DNA of 64,000 bases, from the NCBI RefSeq assembly GCF_964355755.1, contig NC_092677.1:82001-146000 (forward strand), given 5' to 3'. Shown here in pieces: positions 13,991-26,600 of the stretch; the stretch's first letter is position 1; every line of letters starts with the position of its first letter. The notes under the pieces are model-generated. The model was not told the DNA's origin and ran no database searches. It saw only the letters and a list, made by a program, of their open reading frames with translations. The translations under genes and the position numbers were made by a program. Source of the DNA: Antedon mediterranea. Taxonomy: Eukaryota; Animalia; Echinodermata.

Positions 13991-16364
13991 CTCTCCACAT
14001 TTACCTGTAAATTCTTTCTGCAAAAAAAAGTAATAATAATTAACAAAAAATAAAAGAAAAAATCTTGATAATATTTGACCAAAATAGCAATAATAACGAT
14101 AACTGGCACAATTTACAGTATAACAAACCTTTATAACTAGTTCACTCATGTTGACGGTTCCAAACTACTAGTGTAATAATAAATTATATAATTATAATAA
14201 TGTTGACAACAATAGAATAAGCAGGCCTGCTGCCTTAATTGTTCCCAAACAACCACCTAGTTTAGAAGTTAGCACAAGTCTTGCATTTATCAGTACAACA
14301 TCAATCAATAACTAATAAAACCTGTCCTATTTTGCCAAATGACTCACAAATCACACTATCTTATTGGTTAAAAACTAATAGCCAATTTACATACTAAATA
14401 AGAAGCTTACACATGTTCGTGAATCAGTTGATTTGACTTTTAACTTTTTAAAATATGAAAAACAGAATAATATTACTTATTTATGATATTATTTAATAAT
14501 TGAGATGATCACTGTAGCCAGTAATCATCATCAACAATTTGATATAAAAATAACAAAAATTTTACTTGTTTTGCTAACCAACAAATAATAATAATTATTA
14601 AGTTACTACAGGAGTCATTTTTCCATGCATGAAGTTTCATAGAATTAACCACAATAATTAAGAAACAGGAAATTAACTTTTTGACAATTAAACAGACAAA
14701 TTAAACTATTTTGCTTATCAATGGACGCAAGTAAAAAATAACATCAAACTTATGAATAAATTTATTTTAATCATGTTTTAGGTCAGGTTTACCTACTTTA
14801 ATTTAATTTAAAGAAAACAAAAATAATTAATTTACTAAGATAAATTTGTTTACAGCACTTTCTAGAAATTATTAGTTTAAATGTATACTAGAATACATTT
14901 CTAGATTTTAAATTGTCAAATATTAGATCTAAATATTTATTATTATATATATTATATATTTTTTTAACAGTTATATTCCAAATTTTCTTATTCAGATTTT
15001 TATTCTTATGTAATTTATTTTATTTTTTGGTTTTGTTTTTCTTTAATTTTTCTGTTTTTGTTGTATTTTGTGTATCGTATCTGTTCGGAGGGTCCCAAAT
15101 GATCAGCAACTGTTGGATGGATCACCCTCATTAAATATGGTTAAAATAAATATTAAAATAAAGTGCTTAACTTACTTAATGACAGAGAAACTTGATTTGA
15201 CACTTTAATGATTACTTTGCTGATAGAACACCTTGCACAAACTTAATGAATATTCAATGCACAGACATACTCTCTTAAATATTATATTACTCTCTTGGTA
15301 GGTGTTGTCTACCATTTGCTAGCCTGCCATTGGTAAGTATTTACTTCTATTGTATACTAAAGGTCAAATTAATTGAAAAGCTAAAAAATTAGCTTTGTTT
15401 TAAATTGGGTGAATTTTGAATACACATTGTAGTATAGGTAACATCAAAGGTATTTGATCCAAAGCTGAGACTAAAAACTGTGAATAAATGTTATTTCATT
15501 ACAATATGCTTTATAATTACCACACCTATATCACAATGATAGCCAAAATAAACAACATTCTTTATTATACTCCACCCATCATCATCCTCCACCTTAAGGA
15601 TAATCAACCATTTTAATAATCCCCACCCATTTATTCCATTTATTAAATTACAGCTTTCCACCAAAAACCAAATTAAATTTGTAGTAGTCAAGTAGTTTTT
15701 CACTGTTAATATTTAATCTGGGCTTAAAAAACTGTTGACATTTTAAAGGACTATAAAATATACTATATAAGAATATCTGAAAACTGCATTAGAATAGGGT
15801 ACTGTACCTTAACTATCATATCAACATGCTTATTTTGATTTGAATCGGGAACACAGGCATCATCACTGTCACTATAAACCAAAGTCATAGCAAGTATAAG
15901 TGTCTGTCAATGAAAACAAAAATCAAAATTAAATTGCAATTTAATAAAAAAAAAAAACAATAACTCATTCTAATGGTACACTAATCAGTTATTCTGTTCA
16001 GTTTACACTTACAGGTAAAACAACCAAGAAAAATGTGAGCAAATCAAATTATGAAAACATGAATAACATTTTAAATAATATGTAGCAAACCTGTAAAGTG
16101 TAGCAATTATAATTTATTGAGTATTTACTAATTTCTGTCTTTAATGTGATAACATTTTCAGCATGACAGTACTAATTACAAAAGTGGATTACAGATATAC
16201 TGTTCATACTACACATTATAGCAAAACATAAAGTAAAGTGCATAATTATGGTAATCCAACAATTTTTTTTTTAATTGCTGGCAAGGAAATTATATTTTCA
16301 ACCATAAACCAAGGAGTTAAGAGGGATATTTCAGTTTGTGAGGAGGACCAAACTATGCCATGTT

Positions 16365-16462
16365 TCATGTGCGCATGTGGAGATCGTGTCCTCGACACAG
16401 GTTTGATGATTTCTCATGTGCGCATGTGGAGATCGTGTCCTCGACACAGGTTTGATGATTTC
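16365..16462. repeat. ~49-bp tandem duplication
   Basis: TCATGTGCGCATGTGGAGATCGTGTCCTCGACACAGGTTTGATGATTTC occurs twice. Confidence 0.9.
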
Positions 16463-17083
16463 TAGGTCCAGACGACACATCAATTGAATTGACCTAGATT
16501 GGTAATTGTAAATCGCAAGCTCCCTAAATAACAACCCTGGACACTTGGAGTTGGGGGACAGAATGTAAAACCGTTCATGAAATGCTTGTCCCACTCAACC
16601 ACATTTTTGCCCAATCTTTTCAATGAATAATGATGCTTCATTCAAACTTTCAATTGATACCAATTTTGAGTTGCATTTTTAATTTTTGAAGTGATATGAA
16701 AATTATGAACACATAAAAGGATGGAATTTATGAAGGTACATTAAGTTGAAGGGGATTTGGCAAAAGCTCAGGCTTTTAAAAAAAAAATAAAATAGGTCTT
16801 TGCTAATATCAGTGCTTGGTAAGATTTTGTGCAAAAATCAAACATTCAAAGGCTTTAAAATTTTAAAATAGTACAATTTATTTTTATTTTTAACTTTATT
16901 TATTGAGGGTAACCATTTTAACTGGACAAATTAATGCCAGTTGATATTCAGGGGACCTCTTAAATTCTAATAAAATACATAAAAATGATAAATTATATTA
17001 TGATAAAATACATTATTTAAGTCTTGTCCAAATATAGCCTAAATTAGACGATAGAAAATCAAACTATGTAGGTCAATCAATGA

Positions 17084-18389
17084 GGTCCTACTAAACACCA
17101 CTCGCAACCACATCGTACAGTACCACTCGCAACCACGTCCTACCACTCGCAAGCACTCGCTACAACGCGCAACCACTCGCAACCGAAATTCATATTAATT
17201 AAAGTACATTTGGCTTATTTATTGTCTTATTATCAATAAAAACCTATTTTTATACACATACTGTAAACGTCAAATTAGTCATAAAACTACGGAAAAACAA
17301 TCGTCAATCAACGCGTCAACTCACGCAAGAAATAACAACTCAGAATATAGAGGGCTTGTGTCATTGTCAAGGTGCCAGCCTTTAGTTATTCCAATGTTTT
17401 TCATAACGTTTAATATGTAATTTAACCATTATGTAATAATGACACAACGAAAATACAAGGATTTTTTTTCTCTCTCGGATCTGAATAGATTAAATTATAT
17501 ATTAAAATAGTATAAGGTCTTCATGAAATATATTCAAATCAAATCAACTTTATTTTGGATACATGTCCATAATAATACAAATACAAAAAAGGCACAATTT
17601 AATTAATTATTATTATTAATTAAATTATATTATTATGATAGGCCAAACAAGTATTAAAATAGGTATTTAACTTTCCAATATTAATTTTTATATAAACATT
17701 CAAAGTGGAAATAGTGGCAATAGTCCCATTGTTGACGCATTCAACAATTCAAGCACAACGACGCAGTTTCTATCGATGTTATATAGTACGACGGTTTAAC
17801 AAGATTTTTTGTGTATAAAAGCACCATTTTGTGTAAAAAATAGGTTTTTATTGATAATAATAGAGAGGTTTCGCAATCTTACGAATACGATAACGAAAAC
17901 GGATATGTCACGCACACGTATTCGTTTTCGTAAGCCAGTAAAAATCTGTTTCGCATGGCCTGCCTAGGCCTAGCGTAACATCAAAGCGAGTAAGGACTTT
18001 AAAAACTGCTATTTATCTAAATTGACCTGGCATTTTAGTAAATTACTTTAGTAAATTACTTTCAATAAATCTATAATTATATTATAATCATGAATCATTC
18101 CTAATTCAAATGCAAAATGTGCAAAATAGAGCAAAAACTATACTCGTTTTGTAGTTACGAATATGACTGGTGATATTCGTCAACACGAAAACGCTTTACG
18201 AATATGAAATGAGGATCAGCTCAAAAGTTTCAGAATGTGTTCCGTTATCGTATTCGTCAGGTTGCGAAACCTCCCTAATAAGACAATAAATAAGCCAAAT
18301 GTACTTTAATTAATAAGAATTTCGGTTGCGAGTGGTTGCGCGTTGAAGCGAGTGGTAGGACGTGGTTGCGAGTGGTGTTTAGTAGGACC
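17084..18389. mobile_element. Mutator/MULE-like MITE with long TIRs
   Basis: Termini GGTCCTACTAAACACCACTCGCAACC / GGTTGCGAGTGGTGTTTAGTAGGACC, 10-bp TSD CAATCAATGA (17074-17083, 18390-18399), TIR similarity over more than 150 bp. Confidence 0.85.
17861..18277. mobile_element. Academ-like MITE nested in the right TIR of the MULE-like MITE
   Basis: TIRs TAGAGAGGTTTCGCAATC..ACGAATACGATAACG / CGTTATCGTATTCGT..GTTGCGAAACCTCCCTA, 4-bp TSD ATAA; removing the element restores the host TIR. Confidence 0.8.
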
Positions 18390-18921
18390 CAATCAATGAT
18401 TCTAACAGTTTTTAAACAGAGAAATCGATAATCACCTTCAGGAAAGCAGACTTTAAAAAATAGAATCATGGTTAAATACTTTATTGCTAAATGAATTCGC
18501 AAACAATCCTAACTTTTAAAGAACAGCTCATTGATAAAAATCTATTTATTATTCTTTGACGTTGCCTCTCCTGCTCTGCGAAAATGTATCTATACATCCT
18601 GACTGATTGCATAACCCAGGTCGGCTTCCGTAAGGAGGAGGGGTCCATTTTTAGCGGATAGCTATGGATGTCTCCGGTCTCCAGTTACTACTATAGGCTA
18701 TCCTCCTAGGTAGGCTACTTAGTACTTGGTTAGGCCAGGGAGATGGGTTTATATAGTCCTAGGCCTAGTTAGGCCTAAAAAACCTGACTGATGCGAACAC
18801 AACCGAGAGAGACGTGAGTTAACAATTTTACATCCCAACTCATTAACTATCATATATCAAACGTATATACTAACACAACCTCAAATATAACTAAATACAT
18901 AGAATTCATGAAAGGCCATAC

Positions 18922-19060
18922 CTTCCTGACAATAGTGTTTTAGGTAAATAAATGTGATTTGAGTTTCCGACTAAATAATGCCTTCCTTCTCCATCAATGT
19001 GATGCCTGCCTGATTTCGTAAGATTTATTGATGCAACACTGGAGAGAGCAAGCGAGACAG
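18922..19060 (-). other. Candidate non-coding first exon of Ets1/2
   Basis: Donor-like AAG|GTATGG at 18922 with CCAAT motifs just upstream (~19105, ~19171); no transcript evidence. Confidence 0.3.
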
Positions 19061-20926
19061 ATCAAAGGTTAAAGGTAAACGATAACAAGAGGATACGTGG
19101 TGGTGATTGGGTATCGCCAGACATATAAAAATAAATTATGCATATTCATAAGTTATTCAAGGTGTTTTAGCCAATAAACTGATCGGGAATAAAGTTAGAC
19201 GTCATGTGTATACTTAATTAATATTACATTTTTCTGATTTGTTTACCATTACTTCGTCTTTATAGTTTTAATAAAAAAATATATATTTAAATGTCAATTG
19301 CCACAAATATAGACAGTGCTTTATTATTTTACAGTTATACGTAGGTCCACGAATATGGAATAAAATTTGATTGATGGGTAAATTTATAATTACTAAATCC
19401 TTTTTTTTTTCGATACTAAAAGATATTTAAAAAAAATGATTTCAGAACCAAATAATGTTATTTTAAATCTATATTCATTTCTGAACGTTTTAGCTTTTTG
19501 TTGGAGTGGCACGCCTAATTCAGAAGAAACACAATAAAAATTGGTGAAACTTGTTAGGCATTGGTCCTGATGCGCCACTGGTTATATTCACGCAAAATCT
19601 AGTCTTCTTAGATCTTTTGCCACTCCTTGGCGCAATCAAGCTATTTTTGTATGTTTGTATAAATGTGTGCGAAATTAATAAAATAAATAAATTTGTATTT
19701 AATTATTATTGTATTGCATGTTGTTTATGTGTATGTGTTCTCTACCTGAAATCTAATCTTGTCTAGCTTCATTGTCTTTTTTTATCGCCTCCTCCAGTGT
19801 CAGAGTGATTTAGATTGACGTACGTACTGGAAAGTCAAGCGGTTCTTTATCAGGTTGGACGTGCTGCACACCAATTATGTTTTTAAATACCGCTTCATTA
19901 TGTGAAAAATTAACCATGGGATTCTTTTTGGTGAGATGGGTTTTGGCACAAACGATGAAGACTATAAAATATTACTGTGACATACATTCTCAACGACGTG
20001 TGGATACGATGACGTCAGTCGGTGATATTTTTAGAACAATTTCAACCTTGATAGTGGATAGTAGGATAAACAGTCGCGTCGACCGGACGGAGGCATAAAT
20101 TGAAATTATAAAAAGGACAAAGGCAAGTGTAATAAAGTAACCCTTGAACAATAATTGTCATAATTCGGGAACAAAGCACCCTCTTTTGTCATCAACAACC
20201 AAAAAGATCATTTTTTTGCGGATTGCCTCTGATTGATCTGATTATCTATATTTCACATCAAATCAATAAAAGATTCCTTCTTTTATTTTGACCTTATTTA
20301 TTTTTTGGGGGATTTAAAAAAACCATTTAGGATTATTTTACCTTGAAGATGTTATCTCTAACTGATAAATTAGAACTTGCGCGGTTGGAACAAGTAACGT
20401 ATACGTACGTACGTATACATACGTACGTATTATCATTATTTGTCTAGTCTTGACATGCAAGAATTGTTCATAAAGATAATGAAGTATACGTGAACATAAA
20501 TTGTATAGCAAATAAATTATGTTATATGCTTATTTACCGTGAAAACTGTTTGCCCAGATTTTAGCGTTCGACTTAAAAACATTTATTCATGAATGGAACT
20601 CCTTTCTTGAGGTACACCTTATGAAACAGCTTGTATGACGGTAGTAAATTCTTTCTTTGTGAATATTTAATTCTATAAGCCGAATTTTAACGTGCAAATA
20701 TTGTGTATTTTGTTACTCGATGTTGTTTCTCTCCACATACGACAATATTTCCCCAGTATCATATAGGGGAATTCCCCGTAAGCCAGTGTCACGTGTATCA
20801 TCGGCATGTGATGTGGGTTAGTAAGTAAGTAATATTCATTGCTTTCCACAGACATCACAATTTATGAAACAGATAAAATATGAAGGAAAATAAATACATA
20901 GAACAATACAAACAAAGGCTTGAGAA

Positions 20927-22530
20927 AACATGGAAAGCAGCAGCAGGGGATAACATGGAAAGCAGCAGCAGGGGATAACATGGAAAGCAGCAGCAGGGGA
21001 TAACATGGAAAGCAGCAGGGGATAACATGGAAAGCAGCAGCAGGGGATAACATGGAAAGCAGCAGCAGGGGATAACATGGAAAGCAGCAGCAGGGGATAA
21101 CATGGAAAGCAGCAGCAGGGGATAACATGGAAAGCAGCAGCAGGGGATAACATGGAAAGCAGCAGCAGGGGATAACATGGAAAGCAGCAGCAGGGGATAA
21201 CATGGAAAGCAGCAGCAGGGGATAACATGGAAAGCAGCAGCAGGGGATAACATGGAAAGCAGCAGGGGATAACATGGAAAGCAGCAGCAGGGGATAACAT
21301 GGAAAGCAGCAGCAGGGGATAACATGGAAAGCAGCAGCAGGGGATAACATGGAAAGCAGCAGGGGATAACATGGAAAGCAGCAGGGGATAACATGGAAAG
21401 CAGCAGGGGATAACATGGAAAGCAGCAGGGGATAACATGGAAAGCAGCAGAGGATAACATGGAAAGCAGCAGCAGGGGATAACATGGAAAGCAGCAGGGG
21501 ATAACATGGAAAGCAGCAGGGGATAACATGGAAAGCAGCAGCAGGGGATAACATGGAAAGCAGCAGGGAATAACATGGAAAGCAGCAGGGGATAACATGG
21601 AAAGCAGCAGCAGGGGATAACATGGAAAGCAGCAGCAGGGGATAACATGGAAAGCAGCAGGGGATAACATGGAAAGCAGCAGCAGGGGATAACATGGAAA
21701 GCAGCAGGGGATAACATGGAAAGCAGCAGGGGATAACATGGAAAGCAGCAGCAGGGGATAACATGGAAAGCAGCAGGGGATAACATGGAAAGCAGCAGCA
21801 GGGGATAACATGGAAAGCAGCAGCAGGGGATAACATGGAAAGCAGCAGGGGATAACATGGAAAGCAGCAGCAGGGGATAACATGGAAAGCAGCAGCAGGG
21901 GATAACATGGAAAGCAGCAGCAGGGGATAACATGGAAAGCAGCAGCAGGGGATAACATGGAAAGCAGCAGCAGGGGATAACATGGAAAGCAGCAGCAGGG
22001 GATAACATGGAAAGCAGCAGCAGGGGATAACATGGAAAGCAGCAGCAGGGGATAACATGGAAAGCAGCAGCAGGGGATAACATGGAAAGCAGCAGGGGAT
22101 AACATGGAAAGCAGCAGCAGGGGATAACATGGAAAGCAGCAGCAGGGGATAACATGGAAAGCAGCAGGGGATAACATGGAAAGCAGCAGCAGGGGATAAC
22201 ATGGAAAGCAGCAGGGGATAACATGGAAAGCAGCAGCAGGGGATAACATGGAAAGCAGCAGCAGGGGATAACATGGAAAGCAGCAGCAGGGGATAACATG
22301 GAAAGCAGCAGCAGGGGATAACATGGAAAGCAGCAGCAGGGGATAACATGGAAAGCAGCAGCAGGGGATAACATGGAAAGCAGCAGCAGGGGATAACATG
22401 GAAAGCAGCAGCAGGGGATAACATGCAGAGGATAACATGGAAAGCAGCAGGGGATAACATGGAAAGCAGCAGCAGGGGATAACATGGAAAGCAGCAGCAG
22501 GGGATAACATGGAAAGCAGCATGGGATAAC
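20927..22530. repeat. Intergenic 22/25-bp minisatellite GGGGATAACATGGAAA(GCA)2-3
   Basis: Directly visible; explains the three overlapping ~565-aa repetitive ORFs. Confidence 0.97.
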
Positions 22531-23409
22531 CATTTAAGCACAAAGGCTTGTTTCCAAAGGGGTCCCAAAGTAAGTTAGATTTTATGTGATATGTTTCAAT
22601 AAAGATTACAAAGTTATTATTAATAGATTCTCCATTTATTTCATTATTATCTTAATAAAACACCAAATAACAGCTTTCAGAAAAAAAAGTATACTTTCTC
22701 AATTCATTATGATCTATATTTATAACTAAATGATAAATAGTTATCATGATTGGTAGTACGGGGCGCCGTTCGAGACATTACTAATTTTGTCTGCACCCCG
22801 TATGGTAGATGTTGACAATGATTGCATGCTGGTTGGCATAGATATAAAATACAGTACGGACACTGGAAGATCACCAATATGTGGAACACATGTAATGTAC
22901 TAAATAAGAAGATAATTCAACTCTTACAAAGTATTTTAAAATTGAGTTAAAAAAGATTAAACGAATTAATTCTAAATGTCACAATACTGTATTGGTATGT
23001 AATTGTGTGATTCATTTGTTACTACTACTATAATGTATTAAATAAGCATCAATTTAATCTGCTACTATTTCTTTCAAAAACAGAGATGTTCCCTTATTCA
23101 ACTTATTTTTTCAAACAATATACACAAACGACACCTACAAATATATTTTAAATGTGGGCAACGTTAAACTTTAAAATTAATCAAATCTCTTAATATTATT
23201 TTCTTTAATAAAAGCTTGGTAGAACATCTGCATGTTTATATTTAAAATTCATTTTTTAAAACATTTCATTTTCTTTTTAAATATTTACACATTACAATAT
23301 TATAATGATATTCTTCTCATAATAAGAAACACAGAATTATTTTCAATAATTATTTGCTTTTTTGAGAATAACCTGTTTGTCCAAAATTCAAAATCAAAAG
23401 TTGCATTGT

Positions 23410-23536
23410 ACTTGACACACTGCGTCTCACAACACTTCTCGTAATGCTGTCCACACACTAATATCTTACTTTGACACACTGCGTCTCACAAACACTTCTC
23501 GTAATGCTGTCCACACACTAATATCTTACTTTGACA
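23410..23536. repeat. ~59-bp tandem duplication in the presumptive MEGF8 3' UTR
   Basis: TTGACACACTGCGTCTCACAACACTTCTCGTAATGCTGTCCACACACTAATATCTTAC occurs twice. Confidence 0.85.
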
Positions 23537-23646
23537 ATACGAACATACTGTAATATCTCTCACTTCCATACAAAAATTCATTTTTACAACTTTTTCAGCA
23601 CATAAATAAAGTATTCTTGTTACATTAAAGTATCATTGTCTAGTTT

Positions 23647-26600
23647 TTACAACCACTCTGGTGCTGGCTGACCTAGTCTAGTTGGCCTCATTCTAGAATA
23701 GTAGGTAGCCAACATTGGTTTTATTTCCTCTGCATTCTTTTGTCGACTATCCTGTATTTTAGGCGGCGGTGGTCTAAAACTAAACAAGGCAGATGCCAGG
23801 CAGCCTTTAGTGGGAGCAGTATCCCCTCCTGGTAAAGTCATTATTACAGTGCAAACTGTAGCAAGATCATCAAAGGTTGGCTCTATGGTAATGAAAGAAG
23901 GAGGTTGCTGAAAAAAAAAAAAGAGTTACGAGTCATAATCTGAAGTCATACGTATTCAACAGCGAGCAACTCGCCAATTACTGCATGGATAAACAAGTCG
24001 CAAATCTTTTAAGGTTTATTCTGTGGTAATGATTGAATGCTCAAAAGAATAAAATTCTGCATAAAACTAACCTTATTTGGTTGGAGTGGAAGTTGATTTG
24101 TTTCTCCGCCACGCGACCGATGGTTTCTAGATTTACGCTGACGATTACGTTTTTGATCGATCATCACAAAAGCATAACCAAAAGGTCTACTTCGTCTGTT
24201 TTCCATCTCCAGAGTTTGTCTTTGAAATCTTCGTCGATTATCATGCCATAATTTGATCTTCCAAACCACAACACACAAAGACAATAGAATGAAGAACGAT
24301 GAAAAGAATACAGAAAAGAATACAAACAGATCGATATGAGGTTTAGTTGTTTTTCTGAGTTTCAGCACTGCCTTTGTAGACAAATATGATGAAGAATCAC
24401 CTTTAGATAAGAATACTATAAAATAGCGAGGTTTAATTCTAGGTTGAAAATGTATCACAAGTCGATCTCTCACATTGTTAATTCTGACAAGAAACTTTGA
24501 GTATTTTATATAAACAAAGTTGTTGATTCCATCTGCTGTAACTTCATAATACCTATAAAATACTTCATTTTGATATGAAACTGTTTTGTTACTGATGTCC
24601 CGTTTGACATCAACCAAGGATGTATTATAGTAAACTTTGGAAGCATCGTTGGTGTTCAAATGTACAACTTTCGTTGAGCGACGTCTTTGAATTTCAAATC
24701 CATAGTTGTGTAGCTTGACACTGTCGTTGATGTGAATAACACGTCTTGACGCGTCTTCAGTCAGTGTTTTAATTAGGAACTCATTGCTGGCTATAAACAT
24801 GTCAAATTCGCCATGTGACACTTGGATATCAGTGAACAAATTCTGATCAGATTTACCATCAATGTAAAAAAAAGAAGGCCTTCCTATAGGCAGCTCTGCT
24901 GATTCTGGACTGCAATCTGTAATATCATAATCTGTACAAAGACAAACATCACAATATGTTTTATGTCAAACAAAAGCATATTTTTATCATAACCATTATT
25001 ATTTATTACTTCATAGTGCCACACGATAACAAAATACATAAACAAATAAGTAAAATACTTACTACCTTCAGTAGGACAGAATTTTTTATCATGCTGTAAT
25101 AGTTTATAACATGGCTGCCCTAGGCTTGGAAACCCATGAAATCCAACCATACACTTTGCACACTTAAAAAAATGTAAATTATTATTATAATTTGCCATAT
25201 AAGGTACCATGCTTAATACACAGTGATGTTTCGTATATAGTAAGAATATATTTTGTTGAGAGTAAACGATTAGACCAACCTGCTGATGTAGTTTAGTTTC
25301 TTCAGGATCTGTTGTGGTATTATTACGACAAGCCTCACGATCAACTTCACCTGATTCTGCATCGCATGTATCACAGTTTCCATTACAAATACACTTTACA
25401 CATTTGTGCTTTCCACCTTTCACTTTTTGCTTGAAATATCCCGCCTTACATTTCTCACATTTTTCACCTTCTGAGTTGTTTTGACAATTTATGCAGACTG
25501 TCGACTAATAACAACATTTTAAAAGCATTATAACTTATCACAGTGAATATATACAGTTGAAGCTACTGTAAGCACATAGGGTCCAGGAAAAGGTGGCCAT
25601 CAATGGCGGTGTTGCAAGCATGCAGTTTCTGTAGAGTTTATTGAATGTAAACTAAATACTATGCTTACCTCATTATCATGAATACATTCATCAGAGTTGC
25701 CGTTACAATGTGAACTGCAACTTTTACAAGCTCCTCCATTTACTGGGTTGCCAACATAATTAGGTATACAATATTGACATTGAGGACCCTTTAGAAAGAC
25801 AAATTGGTATTAGTGAATAATGTGCTTTATATATCTATTGAATAAAAACAACTAGACTAATATACTAATACAATGTCACATCACAAACTAACTAGTAATT
25901 TCCAAAACGTCCAACATTATAAACTTTAAAAAGAAACCAATCTAATAAAAAAAAGCAATCCATTTGACTAACCATTGTAAAGTCCTGGCAATCTGTACAT
26001 TTAGAAAGCTTATTAACTGTTAGACAATCACTATGTCCATTACAAGCACATTTCGTGTTGCAATCTCCACCCAGATATCCAAATGCACACCTGCATTCAT
26101 TCTTCTCACAACCAGGTGATGTACACTTAGTACAAACTCCTCCATTCTTGCACGGTGGATCACACTGAGGCACGCAACCATTATGAATTCTAAAATTAAG
26201 ACAACAAACTGAAAATTAGTAAACACTACCTCATGAACATACACATATGATGATACATTTCTATTTATTAGAAGCATTTGAAGCAATTGATTCTACAATT
26301 AAAGAGCTTGCGACAAAAAAAACTAGGTCAGGTCAACCGATGTGTCAAGATCAGTCTGGACCCAGAAACCATTAAACATTCATGCACACAATGGCATATT
26401 CTAATGTCGCACATCAATAGCTCCCTATTGTGTCACACTTACTCTCCAGTACAGTTGTAGCCAGATTGGCATTCACACTCATAATGTTCAGGTGTGTCCT
26501 TACAATCCTCACATGAAAAACAAGCATGATGGCCGTTCAGACACTCATTTTCTGGTGGACATTTAAAGTAATGCCATTCTTCATCTAATGAACTTGTGTC

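Noticed and set aside
20836-22568. Three ~565-aa Cys-rich ORFs
   Set aside because: All three frames cycle through the same minisatellite translation; there is no unique domain or gene structure.
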